Positions 52,001 through 64,000 of a DNA stretch of 64,000 nucleotides are shown here, piece after piece. Each line of letters starts with the position of its first letter. Position 1 is the stretch's first letter. The DNA comes from Gonapodya sp. JEL0774 (lineage: Eukaryota), in assembly GCA_027604505.1 (NCBI GenBank), contig JADIIX010000129.1, forward strand, positions 1 through 64,000, read 5' to 3'. The notes beneath the pieces were generated by a model. The model was not told the origin of the DNA and did no database searches. It saw only the letters and a list, made by a program, of their open reading frames with translations. The translations under genes and the position numbers were made by a program.

Positions 52001-52238
52001 TTCAAACCGAATTGTGTTCAAATGATCTTACTCGCGGTTGCCTTCTCTTCAAAGCGATGGCCTCCGCTTTTACGCTAGGACGCCGTGCTGACATTTCCCA
52101 ACGAACAAATGACGGTGATCGGACGGGGCTTGGTCCTCCATCGTCGCTGATACTGGGTGTCTGCAGTTCGCCCAAATCTCGTGTATTTAGGATTGTCGGG
52201 GGTTGACGTAGTGCTCCGGCTGTCTTCCTCATCGCCAT
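46007..52238 (-). CDS. Large multi-pass membrane protein, TmcB/TmcC (tiny macrocysts)-like
   Basis: N-terminal multi-TM region (IEYIFFSVLHSMIQ...LLVFEDMQLLFF...FKSIWPLKVLR), helical region (ADGIYKQLLTRYPNSK...LYAQF), then repeated paired TM segments; ends EILTDLLHMVP...AALGDEAE*. Exon structure is only approximate. Confidence 0.7.
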
Positions 52239-52832
52239 CGGGCTCTGATAGCTTGATACGTGACTTGCAGTGGCAGTTATTTACGGGTTTATGGACCAAG
52301 GGTCAAGGAGAGGGGAGATCACGAGATGAACTTTCTACATAATACCCCAGGTATATACTCACTCTTCAGACGATGAGATCTCACTTGATGGGACTTCCAG
52401 GTGTGAGCCAGGCATCGTGATGCACTTCAGTGCTTCACTACTTTGTGCCTTGACGTGCGAAAACCTCAGGCAGGTACTTCTGGAACCCAATATCGAGAAA
52501 CATTCTATGTATCAGACTTTTCTTTTGTTAACGTCGGATTGCTGGCTGCCGACTCATGAAGTACCGGTCTTCTCAACCGTGTTGCTGGCTGGATTGCTTA
52601 CGGTCCTGTCCCAGACTCGCAACTATCGACCTCACGTATGCACACAACATGAACAGGACTTGTTGGAGTAAAGAGAACCACGATTTGATGATACATGGAT
52701 TTGCAGCCAAATTTCATGAGCCAACCTCTGGAATCACAACAGTAATCAACTACCTGACGTGTACATTGTAAACGAAGATCTGCCGAAACGCTCAAATGCA
52801 AAGGAACGCTGGCGTATGAGACAAAAAACCCT

Positions 52833-55800
52833 TTAAAGTGCAACGCCCCTTTGGGTACCGGTCTTAACGACATTCTTTGCTTCCACAAAGGTGCGAGAGG
52901 CCGCACTTTGCGAAGCTCCAACATTTGCGAGCAACGCCTCCTGCTCGGGAGACAAATACGAGATGTCGTCCCATGGGTGGCGGTAGAGGCCTTTTTAAAG
53001 ATGCGAAACCGTCGCCTTCAAAACAGAGCTATCTTCATTCTACCGAGTTCCCCTCACCTTGTTTCAACCGTTTTTGATCCAAGTAGTGTCCAATGAACCC
53101 AATACTTCGTCCAAGCACGAAAAGACCATTGAGAGTTCCAATCTTTTCAAGGTATTTGAGAAAACCAAACAAGAGAGCAGTTAGAGACTCGTGCACTGAT
53201 TGAGACGTTCAACAGATTTCAGCACGAACCTTCATATACTCGTCAGCTTCCTCGGGCGAGAAGGCACCACAGCCTCTTAGCAGATCTACAAAGGCGACAC
53301 CGACAGCACCGTCCACATTCAAGATCAAATTATCCTTCTTGCTCGTGGTGATCTTTTCAACTTCGAGGGCGTAGGCAAGGAGGTTGTAGTTCGGGAAGTT
53401 CTTCTTAACAAAGTCCTTTACGATAGACACTCGCAAGTCCGGATTGGTCCTTGACTTGATTCGATGGCCAATACCAGGGATAAGCTTGTGCTCCTTTCGC
53501 ATGTTCTCAACAAAATCAGCGGGAGTCCAATTTGAGTCATAGGCAATAGCGAATTCTCGCGCGGCGTCATCTAGTGCGCCACCAAATCTTGGTCCGATTG
53601 TGAGAAGACCAGCTACCAGCGAAGAGATGAGATCCTTGCCAGCACGCGCGGTGACAATGGTGTTGAGAGCGCCCGAAACTAGAGATGATAAATGAAGAGG
53701 GTGAGGTAACCAGTTTTAAGCCAGGGATTCTAGCTACAAACCAGCAGGGCCGTGATCGGCGGTGAGCATTAGCACCATCTCAATGAAAGTGCATGCGTAG
53801 TCTGGCAGCCGCCGTTTGAACCAAAGCAAACTCAGAACACCACCGATTCCAAGATCGTCCTTGAACACGTCGGAAATGGGCATGCCCGCGTAGAGAAGCT
53901 CCTGACCACGGTCATCTGTAATGGTAGAGATAAAGCTGGTTGGTTTGCGAACCAGGCCAAGCTCTTGCGCCCACGAATAATCGATCGGTATCTTGGGAGG
54001 ATCTGGCTCGGCTTTGGGAACGATTGTGCCACTCTGTACGAGCTTGCGGTAAAGATCCGAGAGAACCTTGGGCAAATCCTCGAACGAATCAGGAACGTAA
54101 GCGCCGCCAGCTTTCAACGCGGCATTCTTAGCGACCGCAGTTTCGAGGTCAGAGTTGGCAAAGGAACCTGCATGACCGAATTGAACCTAAAACAAGAGCA
54201 TGATAAGATGGCCACTTTTGCTGACGGAAAATCCTTTGGTCACATCGTTTTTCCTTCTTACCTCGGTCTTGAACATGCTTCCACACGTACCAATACACCA
54301 CGCAACGAGGGGCTTAGTGATCTTCTTCTCCTTGATAGCCTTGATCACCTCGTACTCTTCAACACCACCGACTTCTCCCAGAAGCATGAGAATCTGGACA
54401 CTGGGGTCCCGCTCATATCGAAGTAAGTGGTCGATAAACGTGCTACCAGGGTAACGGTCTCCTCCGATGGCAACGCCCTCTGCCACGCCGTTGGTCGTGC
54501 GCGAAATAATGTTGTTGAGTTCATTTGACATACCGCCAGATTTAGACACATATGCGACCGAGCCGGGACGGTAGAGAAGGGATGAAACAATGTTGTCCAT
54601 CATTCCTCCAGTGTTACCGATCTTGAAGCACCCAGGTTTGATTCCACCTAATGGTCGAGGAGTCGTTATAGATCATGCGAAAAATCATGGGTATCACAAC
54701 TTTTTATCCCCTGTCACGAAACACCATGAACTCACCAACTGTGGCTGGGCCAATGATAAGGACGCCTTTCTTCTTCGCTTCCCAAAGCAATTGGCGCGCT
54801 CTCTTCTCAGGCACACCCTCAGCAATGATGGCAATCGTCTTGATCTGGGACACTTTCATGATGTCGCGTGTGGATTCGTAGACGGAGCGGAAAGAGGCAA
54901 AGTTGATTACGACATCTACTTCGGGGTAGCGGCTGATAGCCTCCTCGAGTGAGGTGAAGACAGGAAGAAGAGTCTCCTTAGTTCCCCAGTAGAATTTTTG
55001 GACGTGCGATCCACCGAACGGATACACCATTGCAGCAACCGAGGGCCTCTCCCTACGAGCATATATCGAGTTAGTTATGATTCTCAGTCAAACTAAAGTC
55101 AAGCTCATTTTGCACACCGTTTGCACATGTAGTCGAAGTCAAGCATTCCTTGCACGGCTTTAGGCTGCATTCCGTAAACAAACGACATGCTTTGGTTGGT
55201 GAAGGTAGGCTTTTCCGTCTTAGCTGGTTCGGCCTTCTTGAGCGGCGTCATTCCAACAGGGAACTTGACGATCGGGTCATCGCCGGGCAAGCCGGGGGTG
55301 GGCTGACGGGGTACCGGGGGAACTTCTTGGCCAAGAGCATCGATCGAACGAGCTCGGCTCCCGTTGGCGAGGTCAATCTCCTCGAAAAGACCCATTTCCC
55401 GAGCCTTCTTTTCGCCAAGGAGAGCAAGCGGAACGATACCAGACACGTGCATCTCCGGACCGTACACCTGGACAGGGACGCCCAAGTTGTCGCCGCAGTT
55501 CCTCATCATCCGCAGACCCTCTTGGAAGTTGGGCCCGGCACGTCGCACGAAGATTTTGATGCCGTGATCTTGAAGCTTTCCTTTGTAGTCGTTGAGTGCA
55601 CGGATGATACCCTTGAAAGTCGAGGCGACGTTTGTGAAGTTGGCAATACCACCACCGATGAGGAGAATCTGCAATATGGTTGTTCAATTATGGTTAGCGT
55701 ATGGACAAGACCCGTTGATGGCCATGATGTCTCACCTTGCCCTCCGGGTGAGGCTTTCCTCTTGTCATGAGGTCGAGGATGGTCTTTGCGTACTCGTAAG

Positions 55801-57513
55801 TTTGAGCTTCCGATGGAGCCCTTTGAAGCAGACGAAAGGAAGGGTGTTCACAAAATGTTCCGACAAACCATCAGTGCTCATTGACTCACCCAGAGTACTC
55901 TCCGTAGTTGGCCAACTCATCTGCAAACCCGGCGTTGGCAATGGCGTCGGAGTACACGACACTGGCTCCTCCACCGGCAACCATTGTCCACACTCGGCCC
56001 CTCGCGTTCAAAACCGTAAGTTTCAAACTAGCGCCAGTCTTGGCGTCCAAGTCGGCAATGTACTGTTCCTCCTTGGTCAACTCGCGACCGAACGGCGCTG
56101 GGAATCCGAGCTTGGGGCCACCCAAGAGAGCGGGACCAGCTGATGATTTCGGGTAGAGCGCGGCAAGGGCCGCCGACCATCGTTTTCCAGCTTCAAAATC
56201 GGCGGTTTGGTCGATCTTGGCGGCAAGGTCGAGGAAGGAGATATCCGCGGTGCCGTTAGAGGAAAGGGAGACGACGAGAGGGTTGATTTCAAGATAAGTG
56301 AATTGAAGGTCCGAGTAGACGGCGAACAGGCGGGTGAGGAAATCAACGAGTGCGGTGTGTTTGGCAGGGGCAACCTCTGAATATTGGAAACGACAAGTGA
56401 GGATAAATTTTGAGTAAAATCAAAGTCAACAATTATAAGCGAACCTTTCAAAAGAATAGATTTGATGGTCTCGACAGAGGCGAATTCTTGGTCGACTTTG
56501 ATGAGAAGCCTCTGCGCTTTGGCGTCCACATCACCGACATCCACACCACCCTCGTGTGTAAACAGGATCTCATCTCCATCACGAACACTCTGGATACAGA
56601 CATAGTACTCGTCGGTTCCGGCGTGCGGGACGAAAGGCTCAACGATGAAAGTGTGGAGGCCGCCGGAAACTTGTCCGATCTTGAGATTCGGAGAGATGAG
56701 ACACACCAATCCTGATTGTCGGAGTCCAAATTAGAAATGCAAATGTACATACCGCCACTTTCTTCCCCGCGCGCTCGGCAATCCAGGCACGGGCGCCCGC
56801 CCAGTCCAGGTTGATGCCCAAGAGGCCGGCTTTGCCACGACGCTTGATCAGTTGATCAGGCTTGGCAACCCATTTTCGGCCAGCCTAGATGAGAAACGCA
56901 GGATTGATGAGTAAAATTCATGAGTCAAGTCATCTCGGAATCGTTGTTTTGATGATGGCCAGCGTGACACTCGTACCAGGTGAAACATGGGATCTCCAAG
57001 GTGATGTCTGGCAAGACCGAAAACTGGTACTCACCACCCCATTGGGTGGCAATTTTGGCAACCCCACCTTGGCTGGACTACCCTATTGGACAATTGATTC
57101 CGATGGTACTCACCTCCGTAAGGAAAGGGAAATCTCGCTCAGTCTGTTGAAGAACTCCCTCCACATGTCTTGCAAATCGCTCTTCCTGCTCCTGACTCGG
57201 CGCAACACCGGGCTCTACACCAAGGATGGAAATGTCGAACTCGAGGCGAGCCAAGCGGGCTGGTGAGAGATAGGGGAGGGAAGCGGTTCCGGCGTCTGTG
57301 CCGTTGGTTCCGGTGGTGCCATTAGCTGACGACTTGGGAAGAGGGTTATCGGCGGGAGAAGCGAGTCGGGGTAGCCAGTGCGAGAGAAGAATCTGAAAGT
57401 GAAGATTGCATACGATAACGCACAAACGGTCAATTCAAGTGGAGAAAACGCAATCGCGAGAAATTCTATAAATCAACCTTTCCATCGTATTCGTGGATCG
57501 CTTTAGCGCTCAT
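52833..57513 (-). CDS. ACLY: ATP-citrate lyase, single-chain fused form
   Basis: [110 protein letters not shown]. Confidence 0.97.
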
Positions 57514-59213
57514 AGCTTGGGGATATCAATGGGAAATTGCAGATGTGTGGATGATAGAGATCCGAACTGGAATTGTACACAACAGAGGAGGAGGTTAGAG
57601 GCGAAAACAGGGTACGCAGTAGTCATTCAAGGATGAATCCATCCCAGACTCAAGTCGCCGATATTGCGGGATTCAAGTCGGTCGAACGCGGGAAAAGATG
57701 AACGCCGCACCGAACAGTCCGCGCGCAGGGTAACAACTGACCGAGTACTCGCGGGTGTAGGACAGAGAAGATAGATCGAAAGGAGAGAAACGTGGCCGAA
57801 CTTCTCGGTGAGTTTCGGTAACCGATGTTTAGAGAAAGTTGCGAGAGGTCTTGGGGGAAGCGTACAAGTTGGCCGAGTGCCCCACTTCACCACCCAGGTA
57901 CCCCGGGCTGTGCCACAAGCGGTACCAGAATGGTTTTGGGGGTTCCGCTTCCTTGCATCCACGTTCCGCACTGTTTTTGAACAAATTCAATCAACACCCG
58001 AAAACTGCTCAATCCAAAGCGCACTGCAAGTACAATTAGCTTTGCAATCACAGTTGTTTTAGAGAGGTACTTTTGATCTTCCAGCCTGTGAAAGCCAGAG
58101 AAAAGCGGAGATCCACAAGGAAACTGATTCTATTAAATAATAAAGAATCTCAGTGTGTGGATTCCCTGAAATTCCACCTACGTACAATCGCAAGTGCCGG
58201 TACTACTACAAAAACACTATCCTGTTAGCGCACCCTACACGCTCGATCACCCAAACTAGGATGAAAACGGACTGGAAGGATTTCAACATCCTTACATTAT
58301 GTAAATACCTGATCCACACCTGAAATGAGTTCACCTCAGCGACACGGGGGAATAATGGCCCGGGGAACCCAGGACGGGGCATCCAATGCGGATGTGGAGA
58401 AGCTACGCATTCGAGTCATTTCCCCATCTCACTAAGCATCTTATTCTTTGCTCTCCGATCTTCACCATGTCATTACAGTTTCACGTAAACGCATGAAAAG
58501 GGGCAGCAGTGGTCCTGTAAATATAGAAAGCACATCCATCTCTATCATCGCCGTTCTGATGGATATACTTCACCGACACAAGCGAGACATGTTTAGGAAC
58601 ACAACTGGGTGGACTGGGAAGGGAGAAAGAGAGAAAGACGGATAGTAGTTGCAGCAACTGCCGCGCAGGTCCCCTCCTGCAGAAGCAGAAGTGGCAACGA
58701 TGATAACTTTCGTGAGCAATGCGCTACCACCGAATTCAGATAGGTTCGGATCTATCCGTCCTCATTTAGGGTGAGTCTGGCGCTCAAGGACATAAGTGTA
58801 GAAAGTTGTATGAGGTGATCATGTCACCCACCCTCATGACGAATCTGCCATGTTTTGTCTTAAGGGGAGAAGAAGAATTTTGCAGCGAAAGCTCGAATTT
58901 GGTACGAGATCTAGTTTGGTTCGGTTGAGGCGGTCTTTTCTTCAATAACAGCGCTTTCGCAACAAACCATTCTGCAGCAAGATCGGCTCACTCTTACCGT
59001 CAATCCCCCCAGCCCTCTCCTCCCTCTCAAGACAGCGACGAGTCCGTTCCTTTGACGGGTCGGCAGCCACCTTAGGCCCACGACCAGACGAAGGAATAGT
59101 GTGCTTTACCGCGAGATGTAGTACTGCCATCTCACAAAGTAGATCGATCTAATGGTCGTTAATCATACGGAGACGCCGACTCATTGATCTGAACTGTTGA
59201 ACGATTCCCATTC

Positions 59214-60953
59214 TTATCTCTCTTGTGGGTCACGTCCCAAACCACTTCTTAAGCCCCTCACAACAGCCTCAACTGGCTCTACCCGACCAATGCCACCTCC
59301 ACCTTCCTCTACTGTCCGCCCAAGACCCTCGCCGGGTTTCCATCCCATCAGTCTCATCATCCTGTGCCCAAGATTGTCAGTCTGGTCAATTAGCGGAGCT
59401 GCCGTTGAGCCCACAATCTCTCCGACTGAGAACCCAGCGGCAGCAGGTCGTGAAGTGTCCGTGACACCGTTCCCCTTCGCTCGCGTATCACGACCGGCCT
59501 TTGGACTGCGACCGTCCTTTCGCCCTCTTGCATTTCGCATCTCACTGTGACTTGCATCCTTTTTGCCAGGCACAAGTCCATCTCCAATAAGCGATCCAAC
59601 AAGAGTGTCCCATTTTTCTGGAACATGTGTACGGGCAGTTCGTATGAGCACAGGAAGTTTGTTCTTCCCGCCACCTCTGGTCACAACCTTTACGTCATAT
59701 TGACGGGCGAGAATCAAAACGTGGCGGCGGACTTGAGAAGGGAGAGGAGGGAGCGGTTGAGTCTCAAGCGGAGATGAGGAGGGATCTGCTGCGAAAACAT
59801 GAATTTTGCGATTCAGGGTGGAGAGAATCGTGGCCAAGGTAGATATCCCAGGATTGGAGCCACCGTCATTGTTTCTAGACGACTGTGAAATCGTCGGAGG
59901 ATTGTACTTCCCTCCTCGGCCGTGAGGCCCTCGAGGTGAATTCCCACCCCGTGATCCACCACTCCCGCCGCGCCCACCACGCTTGCCTCCAAAAATAGTC
60001 CACCCGGAGTTGATCATCTGCCCCGCCATTTGCCTCCCTTCTGCTAGTCTTTCATTCGCCTCGGCACGCAGACGCTGTCTCTTGAGTCGTGTCTCGGCTT
60101 TCCGTTGCTTCCGCAAAGCGGACTTTGACAAACCCGAACGGGCATTTGTCCCGTTCGCTGCAAGTGTCTGATCATCTTCATTGGTGTCCGAAGAGAGGGA
60201 CAAATCTTCCAGTTCCTGAGCGAAATCATTCGCGGGGTGTCTGGACGAATGTCCAAAGTCAACGTCCGCAACAGCTTCCTCCAAGTGACGACCCGGATGA
60301 TCATCGAAACTGTCTTCCAGAGAGCCCTCATCTGATGAGTCTTCAACGTCTTCGCTGGAGTCCGAGGGAAGTTCCACGTCTTTGATCAGAGACAGCAATG
60401 TTTGGTCGTCCATGTCATCTTCAATGCTTCCGGGCCTGTACTCCACATTCACGTCAGCATCAAAAGATTGAATATCTGTCGTGTACGGGTCTGCGTTGGC
60501 TACATAGTCCATGAACGCATCCAGATCGTCATCATCGCCAATGGCTTGAGGGGCTTTCTTCCCTTTCCTGCCCTTCCGCTTCGAAAATTTGCCAGCACGA
60601 GCATTATTTTGGAGCTCTCGATTCGCATTTTGACCCTTGGAATGTGAATCCATTGCCATGAAACTCGCGATCATATTCTGACGTGGTCTCCTTCCCGATG
60701 CTTTCGGGACATCACCGTAAACGTCCTCTCCTTGGCATTCCATATTCTCTGAGATAATGTTAAATCCCAGGCCTGGTCGGGCAGTGTGAGGCTCAGGTGA
60801 GTAACGGGATGGGGAGGACGGGCGAGTGATGATGGATGGTAGCGGCATTCCCCCTTCATCAGAACCTCTGAGCGATTCATCTCCCAGGGTGTCAATCGTG
60901 AACAAAGTTTCAAATCGTGCCCCATCTTCGTCAGCCGCTTGCTCGGTGGTCAT
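59214..60953 (-). CDS. R3H + G-patch domain protein (Sqs1-like), no evident intron
   Basis: 579-aa ORF with acidic and RGG tracts, an R3H-like segment LPPLPSQVRRHVLILARQYDVKVVTRGGGKNK and a C-terminal G-patch NLGHRMMRLMGWKPGEGLG...PV...SGLG. Confidence 0.85.
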   Translation of the reverse strand: MTTEQAADEDGARFETLFTIDTLGDESLRGSDEGGMPLPSIITRPSSPSRYSPEPHTARPGLGFNIISENMECQGEDVYGDVPKASGRRPRQNMIASFMAMDSHSKGQNANRELQNNARAGKFSKRKGRKGKKAPQAIGDDDDLDAFMDYVANADPYTTDIQSFDADVNVEYRPGSIEDDMDDQTLLSLIKDVELPSDSSEDVEDSSDEGSLEDSFDDHPGRHLEEAVADVDFGHSSRHPANDFAQELEDLSLSSDTNEDDQTLAANGTNARSGLSKSALRKQRKAETRLKRQRLRAEANERLAEGRQMAGQMINSGWTIFGGKRGGRGGSGGSRGGNSPRGPHGRGGKYNPPTISQSSRNNDGGSNPGISTLATILSTLNRKIHVFAADPSSSPLETQPLPPLPSQVRRHVLILARQYDVKVVTRGGGKNKLPVLIRTARTHVPEKWDTLVGSLIGDGLVPGKKDASHSEMRNARGRKDGRSPKAGRDTRAKGNGVTDTSRPAAAGFSVGEIVGSTAAPLIDQTDNLGHRMMRLMGWKPGEGLGRTVEEGGGGIGRVEPVEAVVRGLRSGLGRDPQER

Positions 60954-61026
60954 CCTGTTTGCAAGACCTGCTCTTTACATATGACGAAGTGTGGAAAGCT
61001 CCAATATATAAGCATTATTGACGAAC

Positions 61027-62254
61027 TCATTTCTTCTTGAGAACTTTCAATTCTTTTACAGACTCTCCCAGCTTATTCCACAATTGTTTAGCGACTTTCT
61101 TTCCTTCTGCACTTGCGAAAGGGATAAACAAATCTGACCAAGTCTCTAATTCGGTCACCTCAGCAAAATTATCGGCGATGAAGGACACACAATCCGAAAC
61201 TACTGCACTGGCCTTGGGATATGGTGCCAGGGTGACCAGCACTTCACAGCAAGTTGAACACGTCACAAACCCCAGATTTTTGCTCCGAAAGACGAAAAGC
61301 AATTCATCCAAAAGATCTTCCACTAAGAATCGATCTGGACAAAGTTTCACGTGAATTGAGGTCATGGATGGTTTTATTCCCGGCTCACGAACCTGCCGCC
61401 TTCCAAATGGCCAGTACATGCCCCACATTCACAAGGTCAATCTCCAAGAAACCGGTGTACAGATAGTTGAGGACGTCTTTCATGATGTTCCCCGGAATGT
61501 CTTTAATAACCATTCGTCCGGTTGTCATTTCTTCACACGAATTGGAGAACAATCCCTCGAAAAATGAATTGGCAGAAGCGAGGGTGAAGCGATGAACGTA
61601 GAGCTCAACATCATCAATCTCGGTACAAACAACAAAATCCGTTAATAAGGATTTCTTGAAGTCAGGCTTTCGTCTTGTTCTTCGACTAAAAGTGTCCGTT
61701 TGGGGCCGGCCGGAGCCTGCAGACAATAAGTACGAGGCGCCACTCTTAGGATAGACAGTCATACAGGCCTTTAGACGAGGGGGCCGCACGGGCAAGTCCA
61801 GAAGCTTTTGTTCTCCGCTGATGGTCAACAAGCTTCTCAAATCCGGATGGTCGTAAATCTCTGCGCCAATCCAAATCAAGCGCTGTGGGTTGATCGCAGC
61901 CTTAATTTCGTCCCACTTTTCCAGTTCAAAGTTACACCCCCAGCCATATGAGTTTTGGGGAGAAAATTTGGACGGACTGCATGGGGCGGACCAGAGTGGC
62001 GAGGATTGAGGAGATAAGGTGAGAAACAACTCATATCCTAAGTAGACGGCGTCATCCGTTACTGCTTTTTGCACTAGAAAAAGTCCCGGAGGCGACGATT
62101 GAAGTAGGAGTGTGAATGTTGACTTGCCGCTCGTGAAGGAGGGACTGTAAAACTTGTCGCCCTTCTCTATTGCGTCCACTGGAGCGGAGATCTCAAAAAG
62201 AAGATTGTATATAGGAATGTGAGAGGGAGGAGAGTCGCCTGGAGTAGAGGCCAT
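61027..62254 (-). CDS. MATH-like + BTB/POZ protein (SPOP-like); one intron at 61335-61392
   Basis: FYSPSF...GLFL...SYGWG MATH-like region and BTB TDFVVC...VHRFTLASANSFFEGLFSNSCEE...DVLNYLYTG. The GTTCGT...CCAG intron restores WKAADRFLVEDL. Confidence 0.82.
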
Positions 62255-62883
62255 TGTGTGTGGATGTCCCGCGGCAATGGTTTTGTTGGGCTGTATGATT
62301 ACGTAGTGGTTGATGAGTGTGGGCTGCTCCCACATTATTGGATATAATGGCTTGCTGGAGAGAAGCCTCACTAGACTAGGTCCTCAAGCCGATCCGCTAA
62401 ACCTTGACAAACGTGTGTCAAACGAGTTGTCAAACGATTTCTGCGATCTGGCGTCGCGAAGAACTCTGCCGTCCACCGGAATCGGCTGGCTTCCATAGCT
62501 TCGTTCCGCCAACAATATGTATCTCCAGCAGGGTGGCACTTGGACTTAGACTTGGACTTGGAAAACCTTGGGAACACCTTTTTGGCGGAGACGATAATTG
62601 CTTAATTTTAGAGCAATATCCCACTCGTATTCCGAACCAATGTGAGCGGGTGGTAGGGTTGGGTTGACTTGCCTCTGCTGCCGAGGGTTCCCGTGCCGAT
62701 GCTTCAATGAAATGACACACGACTGCGCTAGCGGACTGAGTGTACGTTGTCCGACCCAGCAAGAAAGGTCCGCCAAACCGGACTAGTCGGGCTGTGTGGC
62801 AACTTTTGAGCTCAACTGGCTTTGGTTCCGAGCTTGAAAGTATGAATCGCGCCCAATACGCAATGATAAAGAGTACGTGTTGC

Positions 62884-63330
62884 CTAAGTTAAGCGTTGGC
62901 CTTGGTGAATTATGCCAGTGTCACCAACAGACAGCACTCCGTAGCAAGTGGAGCAAGTGATCAACACAAGATCTTTGCTATGAATTATGAAAAGCAACTC
63001 TGCCAAAGGATCCTCCACGAAGAATCGGCAAACCAACATGCCCACATCTCCAAGATCAACTTCCAAAGCGCCGATGTAAAGAAGCTTTGTGCATCTATCA
63101 TGACGGCCACCCAAATACAGTTCGAAATGTACATCCAACCACTCGTGAGAATTATCGGTTCCACGCAAGAATGCGATACCGCCATCTGGCAGTGCTGTCA
63201 TCGAAAGATAAACTCCCGGATTGGCCGCTTGAAGTTCGTAGCAGGACGGTACACTGGTTGTTCTCCTCGATTGCTTCCACTGGAACGAAGATTTCAAAAC
63301 GGATATTGTTGATAGGGATCCGAGAATGAG
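62884..63330 (-). pseudogene. Internally deleted, degenerate paralog of the adjacent MATH-BTB gene
   Basis: LYIGALEVDLGDVG...RFFVEDPLAELLFIIHSKDLVLITCSTCYGVL aligns to LYTGFLEIDLVNVG...RFLVEDLLDELLFVFRSKNLGFVTCSTCCEVL. Most of the BTB core is missing. Confidence 0.7.
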
Positions 63331-63601
63331 GAAGTAAACAAGTAGGATATAGTCTGGAAAACGAAGCATCAGCCTAATGGATGCATACATGGCACAACAA
63401 TACCGGCAATTCATAAGTACACATGTTATTTCTTCCGACGTTGCATCAATCAACATCGCTCGGCTGCGCCTCCAGGCCCTTCACTTTCTGCGTCCCTTTA
63501 CCTCAACGCAGCCTGCAGGCTCTCTCCGGCACACTTGTGCCACATCCGGTTGCTCGATCTCGCTTATGTTTCCATTTCATCATATGTCCATCACACGAGT
63601 T

Positions 63602-63970
63602 TTATGCCCTCGACCACACCCAGATGAAGCCCACCGCCAGAACCGCCTCCGCGACGACCGAGCGGAAGATACCAGGGCCCACCCGTCGAGCTCCGTACTC
63701 GTAGAGTCCGCACCCCGCGAGCAGCGCCGACATCGCGGCAGTGCCTAAACAGATTGCGGAGCGGAGTTCCGATGGGGGCTCCCCACGTCCAAGGAAGAAC
63801 GTGAGGGCTAGGCCAAGATAGATGGCACCAATACGACGGGAGATAATGAGCGAGCCGGGTGTGGGCTTGATGTCCCATTCCTCGAGCAAGCCGTCCCCGG
63901 CGAGCATGAAACGGAGACCAAGAGCGGTGCCAGCGCACACCATCACGAGCGATGCGACATGAAATTCCAT
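63602..63970 (-). CDS. Small intronless four-TM membrane protein of unknown function, bacterial-like
   Basis: Clean 122-aa ORF with four hydrophobic helices and motifs RRIGAIYLGL and GLYEYGARRVGPGI; visibly GC-richer than the flank. Confidence 0.75.
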   Translation of the reverse strand: MEFHVASLVMVCAGTALGLRFMLAGDGLLEEWDIKPTPGSLIISRRIGAIYLGLALTFFLGRGEPPSELRSAICLGTAAMSALLAGCGLYEYGARRVGPGIFRSVVAEAVLAVGFIWVWSRA

Positions 63971-64000
63971 TTACAATCCCTTGTCCTTCGAGGAAGGTTT

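Noticed and set aside
55150..56143. Long antisense ORFs over ACL (similar ones occur over RPS3, PP2A-A and GUA1)
   Set aside because: Shadow ORFs caused by codon bias of the real genes on the opposite strand.
58250..58330. ATGA...CTGA pair suggesting a C/D snoRNA
   Set aside because: Poor C box and no recognisable rRNA complementarity.
1..64000. CRISPR arrays, tRNA/rRNA genes, operons, intact transposases
   Set aside because: None seen; the sequence is spliceosomal-intron-rich eukaryotic DNA.

Overview
Eukaryotic, intron-rich genomic DNA with short GT-AG introns. The gene content points to an early-diverging (chytrid-like) fungus; this is an inference. About 22 protein-coding genes can be reconstructed by hand: long-tailed myosin I, GGTase-I beta, WW-MyTH4-RhoGAP, HSBP1, eIF6, G-alpha, glycogen phosphorylase, Rab8/Sec4, ING-PHD, CCT6, p24, PP2A-A, RPS3, ACMSD, GMP synthase, an F-box protein, a TmcB-like membrane protein, fused ATP-citrate lyase, an R3H/G-patch protein, MATH-BTB plus a decayed copy, and a small intronless bacterial-like membrane protein. 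Two CpG-depleted blocks (about 170-2400 and 38050-41250) look like decayed, formerly methylated repeats. The most striking observation is a roughly 300-aa gene (44245-45435, minus) that fuses an N-terminal F-box to a stand-alone dynein stalk and microtubule-binding domain, a candidate microtubule-targeted SCF adaptor. RPS3 intron 1 carries a C/D-box snoRNA with a 13-nt LSU rRNA antisense element (snR48/SNORD60-like) and a second structured segment. All exon boundaries were read by eye and family assignments come from recalled motifs; no searches were run.
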